Below, one piece after another: positions 1 through 9,443 of a DNA stretch of 64,000 bases. The stretch is from Caldisericia bacterium (GTDB taxonomy: Bacteria; Caldisericota; Caldisericia; JAAYUI01), in assembly GCA_963674785.1 (NCBI GenBank), contig OY771555.1, forward strand, positions 1,224,511-1,288,510, in the 5' to 3' direction. Numbering within the stretch: position 1 is the first letter of the stretch; each line of letters opens with the position of its first letter. The notes under the pieces are model-generated. The model was not told the origin of the DNA and searched no databases. It worked only from the letters and a program-made list of their open reading frames with translations. The position numbers and the translations under genes are program-made.

Positions 1-1688
1 CGATTGATATTGGTGAAGACGGAGTTGTTTTTGATTGGGACTTCATAATTGATGAAATTGTTGAGGAAGAGAGCGAAGAGTTTGGTCCGGAAATGGTGAA
101 AATTCTTTCGGTTGACTTTGACCAGAAAATAATCAGATGCAACAAGCCTGATGATTTTTATAAGGATTGGAGACGAGCGGAAGAGATTCAGTATCGATTC
201 AGAGATGAGTTGTTGGTTTCAGAGGTTGAAGACCATAGGTGTTACAATATCTGGTACACAAGAAACCAGCTCAACAAAGAATTTCTCACAAAAATTGAAC
301 GAATTCCATGTCCACCACAATTTATAATCGACTATGTGAATGTTCCTGAAGCTGCAACAAGTGGAATGGGGAATAAGATAAAAATAAAAATCACAAATCA
401 TAATGAATTCCCCAGGATATATGAGCCAATATTTAGATCAGACGAATTTAATGGGTATTTTCAACCAGATAATGAGGAGATTGAAGTATACCCTGGTGAG
501 TCGGGTTACTTCTCGATGAATTTTGTTTCTAGTTTCGACTTTGAAGGTGTAATGATATTTGAGGTTGGAGCGGTTTGTGATGGTGTAGAACAGATTGAAG
601 AGTTTGAGATTCTATTTGAAAAACCACAAATTGAAATTGAAAAAATACCATATGTTGTGAAAATAAGAAAAGGAAAATCTGACTATTTTGAGTTCAAAAT
701 CTTCAACAATGGAACTGAGAAGATAAAAGTTGAGACTTATGTTGAAGGGTATGATTTTCCTGGAAGAGTTTATATCAGTTCTGATACTTGTTGGGTGAAA
801 CCGGGTATTCCAAAAGAATGTAAAGTTAGGGTAGAATGGGACATGGATACTCCTATTGGAACCCAATATCCGATCGAATACGGAGCATCGATCGGTGATT
901 ATACAGAGAAAACAAATGTGATGGTACAGTGTATTAGTGATTTGGCTCCTGAGATTGAAGGAAAGTTTTATTATTTGGGCTCAAATGAGGTGAGATTTGA
1001 AGGTGAAATCGATTGGAAAGGTTTAGAACCTTTGAGTCTTGCTTTCGAATGGGATGATTATGTTGACTGGGATGAGGACAGATTAATAGTATGGGATGAC
1101 TCATATGATGATTTCCCTGTAACTCATAAATTCAACTTGGTTGGCCATCACATTGTTTTAGCAAAAGCTGAGGCTAAAACCGGCGAAGTGGGTTTTGCTT
1201 GGGCATGGGTTGAGTTAGATGGTAAATACCCAGTGTCCTATATCACTGATGTAATATGGAGAGAGAGTGAACCGAGGAAATTCTGGCTCGATGGGTTTAT
1301 AAACTGGAATAAGCTTGAAAAGGGCAATATGGCAATCTATTGGGATGATGACGTCGTAACGTATGGATTACCATGTGAATATATATCAAAGATGATTTCG
1401 TTTATTCATATCGGTTCCTCAATAACAAAAGCGACATCTGGCGAACAATCATACAAGAATTTTGGATTAATAGGTTTTACTCCCTCAGTTAAATCCAATC
1501 CTCGCTTTGCTATCAATAACGATTTAAATAAAAACCAATCGATGCAAATTTTGAAAAATGTTGCATATGGAAGGATTATGAAACGTGAAAAAGTCTGTTA
1601 TCCTGGTATTAGTTTTTTGTCTTGTGTTGATGACATTTCAAGCTCAATTCCTATCGGCAGGAGAACTGGGGGTTACCACACCGAGTGA
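1..1688 (+). CDS. Secreted/surface protein, 5'-partial (frame open to window start); D-W-[DG]-[DE] PKD-like motifs
   Basis: Frame of the 93..1688 ORF has no stop back to position 3. Repeated 'IDWKG/VDWDED/FDWDF' beta-sandwich-like motifs. The 3' end overlaps the next gene by ~100 nt. Confidence 0.5.
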   Translation, partial: IDIGEDGVVFDWDFIIDEIVEEESEEFGPEMVKILSVDFDQKIIRCNKPDDFYKDWRRAEEIQYRFRDELLVSEVEDHRCYNIWYTRNQLNKEFLTKIERIPCPPQFIIDYVNVPEAATSGMGNKIKIKITNHNEFPRIYEPIFRSDEFNGYFQPDNEEIEVYPGESGYFSMNFVSSFDFEGVMIFEVGAVCDGVEQIEEFEILFEKPQIEIEKIPYVVKIRKGKSDYFEFKIFNNGTEKIKVETYVEGYDFPGRVYISSDTCWVKPGIPKECKVRVEWDMDTPIGTQYPIEYGASIGDYTEKTNVMVQCISDLAPEIEGKFYYLGSNEVRFEGEIDWKGLEPLSLAFEWDDYVDWDEDRLIVWDDSYDDFPVTHKFNLVGHHIVLAKAEAKTGEVGFAWAWVELDGKYPVSYITDVIWRESEPRKFWLDGFINWNKLEKGNMAIYWDDDVVTYGLPCEYISKMISFIHIGSSITKATSGEQSYKNFGLIGFTPSVKSNPRFAINNDLNKNQSMQILKNVAYGRIMKREKVCYPGISFLSCVDDISSSIPIGRRTGGYHTE

Positions 1689-4281
1689 TCAAAGTGAAGT
1701 AAGAAGCTTTGCTCTTTCAGTGCTTCCGGGCTGTGGGGATATCGTCCTCTCCTGGCAGGATGTTTATGGTGTTTCAACATTCAAAGTTATGAGAGATGGC
1801 AAACAGGTTGCCATGCTCTATAATAATGAGACTGTTTGGGTTGACTTAGTACCTGAGGATGGAATAAATGAGTATCAGATTATAGGGCTCGACGATGAAA
1901 GAAATACAATATGTGAGTCATGGAAGATCGAAGCCAAAACGAGTTGTTTTGATACAGAGCTTTGCAAGACTGTCCTCAAATACAAACTTGACTCAACAGA
2001 TTATTGGGTGGATGGCACAAAAAAAGGACCAATGGATACCCCACCAGAGATAAACCTCGGTAGAATGTTTTTAGTTATCAGGTATGTAACTCAAGAATTG
2101 GGAGCAGAACTCTCTTGGGAAGGCACAGAAAAAAAGATAACAATCACAACAAAAACCGGAAAGATTATTGATCTGTGGGTTGGGAGACCTCTTGCGATGG
2201 TTGATGGGGCATCTGTTATGATTGATTCAGATAATATGGCTGTTGTTCCCTATATAAAAGAAGGAAGAACACTTTTACCGATGAGGTTTGTAGCTGAACA
2301 GCTTGGCGCAACGGGTGATGAAGATGTTATTTGGGATGGTGCTACAAAAACTGTTACTCTTAAGGTTAGAGACGAGGATTGCCCTGAACCAGATATAATG
2401 TACTTTACTGTTTCAGAGATTGATTCTGCTAAGTGGTTAGTTAAATGCAGAGATTCAATGAGGAATGATGTTTATGTAAATCTGAATCAGGAGTATGCAA
2501 TATTTAGCGCAACTTTAGAACCAGGACAAAAAATAAGAACTGCTGGAAAAGTTAGTATTGAGGACAGAAAACGGATTTCGATTGAAGCAAGATGGATAAA
2601 ACTTGTTGATGAATCAAGTGTCGATGAGGTGATCTGTAAGCCTGTTAGTTGTGATGAAAAGAAATTGATCTACATGGGAAAAGTTGCGTCTGATGAAGAA
2701 GATGGCGTGACCAAAGAAGAGATTGAGTTAAATTATACCAGATCATTTGAAGAGCTTGAAAGCTCTGAGAATCGTTATTGTGTCAGACTTCTTGTGGATG
2801 AAAAAAAGAATATTATCTGGTGGGAGCCAGCAGTATTTATTTCAAGCAATGAACAAATAATAACGCACTCAATTGATTTGTTGGATGTTGATAAAGAACA
2901 GAAACGTATCAAAGTAGAATATGATGATGGTGAACTTGAATACACCGATTGGATTTATTTCCCAATTGATTTTGAGTTTGACAAGTATGATGATGGCGGA
3001 TGTTATAAGGTTGATTATCAGATAAACGATGCTGGCAATAGAATATCAAAATCAAATCTTGAAGAGTATGACTGCACAGCTGCCTTTACAATCACAAGTC
3101 AATCAGATGGAATTGAAGTTTATCCTGGGGCTGAATTTGTTGGCAAGTTTGTTCTCAGAAATATTGACACTGAAGATTCAACATTCAAAACGGTTGCAGT
3201 TATTTCAATTGATGGGGAGGAAACTCAACTTGGTAGAGACACTCACGATATAAAATCCAGGTATAACAAAAAAATATCAGAAAGATTTACTGCTCCAAAT
3301 GCTGAAGGAAGTTTCAAGTTCGGTATAAGGGTTATTTCTGGTTCAACAAGTCGAACGTGCTGGGCAGAGGGCATATGTGTTCCGTTGGAGTTTGAGTTAA
3401 GCATTCCAAAAAAGGAGTATGAATTCCATCTCAATGAACCGGTCTATATTTCGGCATCTGTTTCTCATGAACATGATTCTCCGCTTCATATAGTACCTTT
3501 TGTTGAAATTCCATCAGAAGCTCTTCAGAGAGCAGAAAATAGTGTTCTTGGAGGATTAGACGTCAGATCGGGAGTGGAAAAACCAGTAAATCTTGTGCTT
3601 GACTGGATTTATACGAATGCTGTGGCTGGAGAATCTTACGAGGTTACAATTGGTGTAAGGTGCAAAGGTGTTTCTAAAACAGAGACTGTCGTTATAAAGG
3701 CTCTTGACTATATTCCACCAGAGGTTTTTGTTTCGAGTATTGAAAATGATGACTATAAAAAAACAACTATTTATGGAAGTATAAACTGGAATAATCTTAC
3801 ACCTGATAGGATTGAGGTTGATTGGGGTGATGGAATAATCACTGATGGTGATATTTCCTTCCCATTATCACACGTGTATGAGGATTGGGGAGTGTACAAA
3901 ATAAAAGTGAAAGTCATTTCTGTTGAGGGTGCATTTGCAGAAACTTCTGAAGAATATGTTTGTGAGGATCCTCCTCCACCTCCTCCTTTAATTTCAAGTG
4001 TTGATTTTGGAGATAAGTTGCTAGACGATTACACGATTGGTTTGGATATTGAAGTTAATTGGCGTGATTATGTAAAAGGAAAGATTCATATTGATTGGGG
4101 GGATGGTGAGAAAAGTGAATCATCAAGGACAGTTTATAAGCACAAATATCCAGAAGAGGACTTTTCTTCGTATATCTTAACAATTAAAGCGGTTTCAAGA
4201 GAAGGATATGAATCACCAACAAGAAAATTTGAGATATACGTCCTTTTCGGATGGTATATGCTTATAGGTGAAATTAGATAA
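1585..4281 (+). CDS. Large surface protein: signal peptide, FnIII-like, tandem CAO-N-like module near the N-terminus, two C-terminal PKD-like (WGDG) domains
   Basis: GTG start followed by a hydrophobic signal peptide 'MKKSVILVLVFCLVLMTFQAQ'. 'EGRTLLPMRFVAEQLGA' CAO-N signature. 'IEVDWGDGIITDGD...HVYEDWGVYKIKV' and 'IHIDWGDGEKSE' PKD signatures. Architecture parallels that of 12153-15638. Confidence 0.75.
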   Translation: MKKSVILVLVFCLVLMTFQAQFLSAGELGVTTPSDQSEVRSFALSVLPGCGDIVLSWQDVYGVSTFKVMRDGKQVAMLYNNETVWVDLVPEDGINEYQIIGLDDERNTICESWKIEAKTSCFDTELCKTVLKYKLDSTDYWVDGTKKGPMDTPPEINLGRMFLVIRYVTQELGAELSWEGTEKKITITTKTGKIIDLWVGRPLAMVDGASVMIDSDNMAVVPYIKEGRTLLPMRFVAEQLGATGDEDVIWDGATKTVTLKVRDEDCPEPDIMYFTVSEIDSAKWLVKCRDSMRNDVYVNLNQEYAIFSATLEPGQKIRTAGKVSIEDRKRISIEARWIKLVDESSVDEVICKPVSCDEKKLIYMGKVASDEEDGVTKEEIELNYTRSFEELESSENRYCVRLLVDEKKNIIWWEPAVFISSNEQIITHSIDLLDVDKEQKRIKVEYDDGELEYTDWIYFPIDFEFDKYDDGGCYKVDYQINDAGNRISKSNLEEYDCTAAFTITSQSDGIEVYPGAEFVGKFVLRNIDTEDSTFKTVAVISIDGEETQLGRDTHDIKSRYNKKISERFTAPNAEGSFKFGIRVISGSTSRTCWAEGICVPLEFELSIPKKEYEFHLNEPVYISASVSHEHDSPLHIVPFVEIPSEALQRAENSVLGGLDVRSGVEKPVNLVLDWIYTNAVAGESYEVTIGVRCKGVSKTETVVIKALDYIPPEVFVSSIENDDYKKTTIYGSINWNNLTPDRIEVDWGDGIITDGDISFPLSHVYEDWGVYKIKVKVISVEGAFAETSEEYVCEDPPPPPPLISSVDFGDKLLDDYTIGLDIEVNWRDYVKGKIHIDWGDGEKSESSRTVYKHKYPEEDFSSYILTIKAVSREGYESPTRKFEIYVLFGWYMLIGEIR

Positions 4282-4334
4282 TTATTCAGAAAATGGTGGT
4301 GCAGGGATTTTTGAATTCCTGCACCACTTCGATT

Positions 4335-4766
4335 CTATATTTTGCCGCTTTTCCTTTTTGAGTAGTATGAGATTTCGGTGTGTTTCTTGTATCCAAGATT
4401 TTCAAATAGACTCATTGATTTTGTGTTATATCCTTCAATTAATGAAGCAACAATATAGATGTCCATTTCACCCAGTCTTATTTCAATCTCGGAGATAAGT
4501 TGTTTTGCAATACCTTTGCCTCTGTGCTCAGGGTGAACTGCTAGTCTGTTTATCCATCCTTTTCTTCCATCATGTGTTCCGAGAGCAACACCTATCATTT
4601 TGCCCTCGTCATCAGTGGCTTTTAAAAAGATTGATTGTTCACCATTTAACTCTTTATAGAGATGTGCTATCGAATCTCTTCCATCTGGTTTTATAGGTAA
4701 ACCAGAGTCTTTCCAAAGCTTATGAAGATTCTCTATGTCTTTCTTCGTCAGGGGTTTTATTTTCAC
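4335..4766 (-). CDS. GNAT family N-acetyltransferase
   Basis: Acetyl-CoA binding motif 'VHPEHRGKGIAKQLI' (R-x-x-G-x-G/A). 143 aa. Confidence 0.8.
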   Translation of the reverse strand: MKIKPLTKKDIENLHKLWKDSGLPIKPDGRDSIAHLYKELNGEQSIFLKATDDEGKMIGVALGTHDGRKGWINRLAVHPEHRGKGIAKQLISEIEIRLGEMDIYIVASLIEGYNTKSMSLFENLGYKKHTEISYYSKRKSGKI

Positions 4767-6387
4767 TCTTTTTTATTCCCAATAATGAATAAGTGATATT
4801 TGTACAGTGGTCACCAACTCGCTCAAGATTAGAAGCAATATCAAGATAATAAACTCCGGATTCGGGTTTGCATTGTTCAAGTTTTATTCGCTCAAAATGT
4901 TTTTCTCGTATCTCTTCTGTTCTGTCGTCAATTTCTTGTTCAAGTTTATTCATGCCCGATATCAAGCTGGTATCATAGTTTTCAAGAGCATCATTTGCAA
5001 TTTTGCAGGCTTTATCAGTAAGAGCGAAAAGCTCCATGAGTTCAGCCTCGCCATCTTTTGTAAACTCTACTCTGTGGTCTATGTATCCTTCAGCAAGTTC
5101 AGCAATATTTGTTGCGTGGTCTCCAATTCTTTCGATGTCGTGAACGACATGCAGGAGTGAAATCGACCTTTCTGCCTGATCTAACGAGAGTGATTTTTGA
5201 GTTAGTTTTGCGAGGAAAACAGTGATTTTGTTTTGCAACGTATTAACTGTTCTTTCGGATTGCATGACATCATGCATAATTTTGGCTTTTTTTGATGAGA
5301 TCATCATCCTGGTTGTATCAACCATATTTCTTGCTATGTCAAGCATCCTTGTTAATTCTTGGGTAACTTGGGCAAGTGCAAATGATGGTGTTGCAAGAAG
5401 GTTATCGGTAATAAACCTGATTCCGTCCTCATGATCTTTTTCGCTTTCCGGCATTATCTTGTTTATCAATTTAATGAAAAGACCGGTGAACGGAAGAATC
5501 AATACCGTCATCGAGATGTTAAAGAATGTGTGGTAGTTTGCTACCTGTCGCTTGAGTTCGGTGGATGTCATTGCGATAAGGTTTGATGTTGGGGTAAGTA
5601 GCAGAAGGAAGATAACTGCTCCCAAAACATTGAACAGTACATGAGCTAGTGCAACTTTTTTAGCTCCTCGATTAGATGTGTTTAGGGATGCGATGTAGGC
5701 CGTAACGCAGGTACCAATATTTGCACCAATAATCAATGCGATTGCACCGGTGAAGTTGAATCCTGGTACACCCATTGCTGAAAGTGCTATTACGACACCT
5801 GTTGTTGCAGAAGATGATTGTATGATGGCGGTAAATACGGCACCAGCAAGCACACCAAGAATTGGAACCGCTGAAAGGTCTGCAAGGAACATCTGAATTC
5901 CTACATCTTTTTTTATAAAAATAAATGCGTCTTTCATGATGTCCATTCCGAGGAAAAGGATACCAAAACCTAGAAGAACCTCTCCGATAAAACGAATCTG
6001 CTTCCTGGAGCCAAACATCCTGAGTGCGACACCGATGGCGATTGATAACCAAATAGCCCAATCCATGAAATCAAGTGTGACAAGTTGAGCTGTTATTGTT
6101 GTACCAATATTTGCACCAAAAATGACTCCTACTGCATGTGAGAAAGTCATTATTCCAGCATTCACAAAACCAACGACCATAACAGTGGTGGCGGATGAGG
6201 ATTGGATTATTGCCGTAATGAATGCTCCGACACCAACTCCGTATATCGGTTTACTAGTCAGTCTTCTGAGAATGTCTCTGAGTTTTTCACCAGCGACCTT
6301 TTGAAGACCGTCACCCATTATCTGCATTCCAAGGACGAACAGAGCAAGACCTGCGAGAGCTTTTACAATATCAAACAAATAATCCAT
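4720..6387 (-). CDS. Na+/phosphate cotransporter (NptA/PF02690) fused to C-terminal PhoU-like repeats
   Basis: Duplicated 'IIQSSSATT' signature in polytopic membrane halves. C-terminal paired helical PhoU-type repeats 'ERIGDHATNIAE' and 'ERVGDHCTNITY'. Confidence 0.85.
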   Translation of the reverse strand: MDYLFDIVKALAGLALFVLGMQIMGDGLQKVAGEKLRDILRRLTSKPIYGVGVGAFITAIIQSSSATTVMVVGFVNAGIMTFSHAVGVIFGANIGTTITAQLVTLDFMDWAIWLSIAIGVALRMFGSRKQIRFIGEVLLGFGILFLGMDIMKDAFIFIKKDVGIQMFLADLSAVPILGVLAGAVFTAIIQSSSATTGVVIALSAMGVPGFNFTGAIALIIGANIGTCVTAYIASLNTSNRGAKKVALAHVLFNVLGAVIFLLLLTPTSNLIAMTSTELKRQVANYHTFFNISMTVLILPFTGLFIKLINKIMPESEKDHEDGIRFITDNLLATPSFALAQVTQELTRMLDIARNMVDTTRMMISSKKAKIMHDVMQSERTVNTLQNKITVFLAKLTQKSLSLDQAERSISLLHVVHDIERIGDHATNIAELAEGYIDHRVEFTKDGEAELMELFALTDKACKIANDALENYDTSLISGMNKLEQEIDDRTEEIREKHFERIKLEQCKPESGVYYLDIASNLERVGDHCTNITYSLLGIKKSENKTPDEERHRESS

Positions 6388-6488
6388 AGATGTTTATCTC
6401 CGATAACGTAGTCAACCTGATTCTAATAATTTCCGAATCCATAGCAAGTAGAATTAGAAGGTACATATGGATAAAAAAATATCCCTGC

Positions 6489-9326
6489 CTAAGGGCTATA
6501 TTTTAGAATGATCTTTCTCTCTTCACCAATCCATTCGATTTCAGCCGAAACCACCTCAGAAAAAAACCTTATTGGAACCATTGTCCTTCCATCAATTATT
6601 GTCGGTGGAGGGTCAGTTGTATAAGTTTTAACCTCACCACCATCTTTTACTTTGACGGATTTTTCTCCAGTTTTAAGAGTTATCTCGAGAGTATCTTTTT
6701 TGAGAGTGATTTCTTTTGTGTCACCATTCCAGATCACTTCAAAACCAAATGTTTCAGTGATAAACCTTAGCGGGACCACAGTTCTTCCATTTATGATTGT
6801 GGGAGCTTTTTCTAATTCTACATGGTTTTCGTCAACAAGTGCAGCATCAGAATCGATTACAAGTTCGATTCTCATCTGATTTGAATCATAAACTGTTGCT
6901 CCATCAATTTTGACAATTACACGTGCATCTGCAAGTATATGAAGGAAATCCAGGGGCGCATATATTTTATCATCAATTCCTCTAGTAATAGAGTTTGATA
7001 AAGCTTTTGGGTGTCCATCGCAATTTATTATTCTTGAGCCAACCGTCATTGTATAGCTAAATTGAGTTGATTGAATCGAATAAACACTACCTGTTTGTTC
7101 GAGTTCTACATCATCGTAAAATAGTTTACACGCAGTAGGTACTTCAATAAATGGAGTTCCTACAACAAAGAGCTTGATACTTTCATCGATAAATAGTGTC
7201 CCCCCATTTATTTTGGTTTCCTTCGAATCAGATCTAAACTCAATCGTATATTCTCCGGGTTTTGGTTTGATGCTTGAATCACCAGAGATTTTAATGTCAA
7301 TATTCATATTATACATTCGATATACGAATTCAAAAGGTAGGTAGATATCTCCACGTATGATCTCTACCGGGTGAGGCATTATCTGAGGGCTTTCTAGTCC
7401 AGTTTTATACTTGATAAGTGCAACCTGATTTCCTATCCTAAAAACCGATTCCATTTCCAAATTTTTGTTGTAGAGTGTAATTTCTTTATCTTCTATTTTG
7501 ATCTCAACTACAAGACCAAGAATCTTAGGAATTGAATTTATTTCAATCATTAAGGTTCCCAAATTGGTTGTCCACGGAATCTCATTCATCTCAACAATCT
7601 CTCCGCCTACAACCGCAAGTTTTGAACCATACATCAATTCAACGTTGATTGTTTTTTTTGGGATAGTTACTGTCACTTCAACAGTTTTTTCTCCACCATT
7701 GGATTCAAAGATTATTTGCCCAACGTTTTCGCCGACATCAAGATCATCTGCTTGAATACCCACAGAGATTTCAGAGTTTCCATCAAACTCATCTTTATCA
7801 ATCTTAATCCAATCCTTTGTTGTCTTGATTGTGCCAAAAAGCTCGGCTTGTCCATCGTTTTCAAGTATTATAGTCTGTTTTTCATCCAGGTTTTCTTCTG
7901 AAAAAACAAGAGCTTCTGGTGTAACTTTTAAAACCGCTGCAATCATCGGAATAGACAGTTTGAGTCCGATTTTTGCATCACCACCGTCGCTATTGATGAT
8001 TATTGTGCAAGTATGTTCTGTCCCGGCATCAAGTCTCGAAAGATCAACAAATCCATGAGCAACAAATTCATTATCTGTAACTTCTGAAAATGTTGACGCA
8101 TCAAAGCTGATCCAGTCGCAATCGGTGTTGATGTTACCTGAAAGAGGTTCACCTCCTTTATTTGTTATTATGAACTCAAACTCTGGATATGAGTTTTTGC
8201 TAACCTCTCCAAGGTCAATTCCGAGAGTTGAAACAGAGAGTTCGGCTGGAGTCGTTGGTGGAGGTTCAGGTGTAGGGTCTTTTCCGATTTGAAAATACAT
8301 GAATGCAGGTGATTGGAGGAATGTAGAGGATGTGCCAAGGCTTTCGGTGCCAGAATGAATATAAACGCAGTATTTACTTCCATAAGGAAGAGGGGATGCT
8401 GGTTTAATGGTAAGAGTCTGGTCAACCATTTTCCCGGTTGTTGGATAAACAAGTCCATTTTGATCAATCAAATCCCATTTTGGAATGTTTGTGTATTTGT
8501 AATCAGAAAACGTGATTTTAAGTTCTTCTGGGGATTCTTCAAAAAAACTGCCAAGTGGGGTATCAAAATTTTCAACCTGGAACTGGTTTCTTCGCCAAAT
8601 ACCAGCCTGGTATATCTCATAGTTGTCAAAGGATTCAATTAGGAATATCCCGTAAACTTTTTTGTAGTCAACATTTGATGGGATATTCCAGTTCAATTCA
8701 AACTTCATCGCAGAGTGCTCATCAATTTGAAATGATTGTCCCGTTGGTTCTGGTTTTACATCTCTGCAAACCCAACTGTATCTTCTGCCTGAGGCTTTAG
8801 CGTCATCCTCGCAGATTATGAATGTGAAATTTGTTTCAGCAGGAATTGCATTCCAACCCAAAACATACGAAGTAAGTTTTAAATGGTCTTCTTGAATATC
8901 TCCTGTCAAATGTACCAGGAATGGACTTTTTTTGTTGATGTGGTAATCAATCATCTGGTCGTATTTTTCCTGAGTTTGTGTATCTCCACCTTGTACGAAT
9001 GTGTTCCCGTTAAAAATTGATGTTGGTGTTGCGACAACTCCGTAAGCTTTGATTCTTGCCGTGCTATTTACTTGTGACAATGAATCGTTGTAATGATGAG
9101 AGATTATCCCCAACCTGTCTTCTGGATACTCATAAGAAAGGTTTGAAAGTGCCTTTTCGGCAATTGGGCAGTAACCGCACCACGATGCTGTCTCGAGTTC
9201 TACAATGCATGTTCGCGGAAATCCATGTACAGTTTTACTAATTGCCCCAAATGTGGCAATATCTGGGAGAATCCCAAAAACAAGTGCAAAAACCAAAAGA
9301 AAAACAAAATAATTCCTAGCTTTCAT
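6489..9326 (-). CDS. Large surface protein with an N-terminal thioredoxin-like CxxC domain and a C-terminal tandem CAO-N-like module
   Basis: Signal peptide 'MKARNYFVFLLVFALVFG' (start likely the ATG at 9326; the ORF track starts at 9341). 'ASWCGYCP' followed by cis-Pro-type 'ATPTSIFNG'. C-terminal 'INGRTVVPLRFITETFGFEVIW' and 'IDGRTMVPIRFFSEVVSAEIEW'. Confidence 0.75.
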   Translation of the reverse strand: MKARNYFVFLLVFALVFGILPDIATFGAISKTVHGFPRTCIVELETASWCGYCPIAEKALSNLSYEYPEDRLGIISHHYNDSLSQVNSTARIKAYGVVATPTSIFNGNTFVQGGDTQTQEKYDQMIDYHINKKSPFLVHLTGDIQEDHLKLTSYVLGWNAIPAETNFTFIICEDDAKASGRRYSWVCRDVKPEPTGQSFQIDEHSAMKFELNWNIPSNVDYKKVYGIFLIESFDNYEIYQAGIWRRNQFQVENFDTPLGSFFEESPEELKITFSDYKYTNIPKWDLIDQNGLVYPTTGKMVDQTLTIKPASPLPYGSKYCVYIHSGTESLGTSSTFLQSPAFMYFQIGKDPTPEPPPTTPAELSVSTLGIDLGEVSKNSYPEFEFIITNKGGEPLSGNINTDCDWISFDASTFSEVTDNEFVAHGFVDLSRLDAGTEHTCTIIINSDGGDAKIGLKLSIPMIAAVLKVTPEALVFSEENLDEKQTIILENDGQAELFGTIKTTKDWIKIDKDEFDGNSEISVGIQADDLDVGENVGQIIFESNGGEKTVEVTVTIPKKTINVELMYGSKLAVVGGEIVEMNEIPWTTNLGTLMIEINSIPKILGLVVEIKIEDKEITLYNKNLEMESVFRIGNQVALIKYKTGLESPQIMPHPVEIIRGDIYLPFEFVYRMYNMNIDIKISGDSSIKPKPGEYTIEFRSDSKETKINGGTLFIDESIKLFVVGTPFIEVPTACKLFYDDVELEQTGSVYSIQSTQFSYTMTVGSRIINCDGHPKALSNSITRGIDDKIYAPLDFLHILADARVIVKIDGATVYDSNQMRIELVIDSDAALVDENHVELEKAPTIINGRTVVPLRFITETFGFEVIWNGDTKEITLKKDTLEITLKTGEKSVKVKDGGEVKTYTTDPPPTIIDGRTMVPIRFFSEVVSAEIEWIGEERKIILKYSP

Positions 9327-9443
9327 GCACTCAATATACAATAAATTCTCAATTTGTTCAATCGATAACAGAACAATTGCATGAAGAGGTTGTATGAAAG
9401 CTGTTGACCCAAAATTCTTGAAGGGATTGAAAACTCTTATAAA

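Noticed and set aside
4296-4325. Hairpin 'GGTGCAGGgatttttgaattCCTGCACC' as a terminator for 1585-4281
   Set aside because: The 8-bp stem is plausible but the loop is 12 nt and there is no T-run, so it was not called as a feature. It may still act between the convergent genes.
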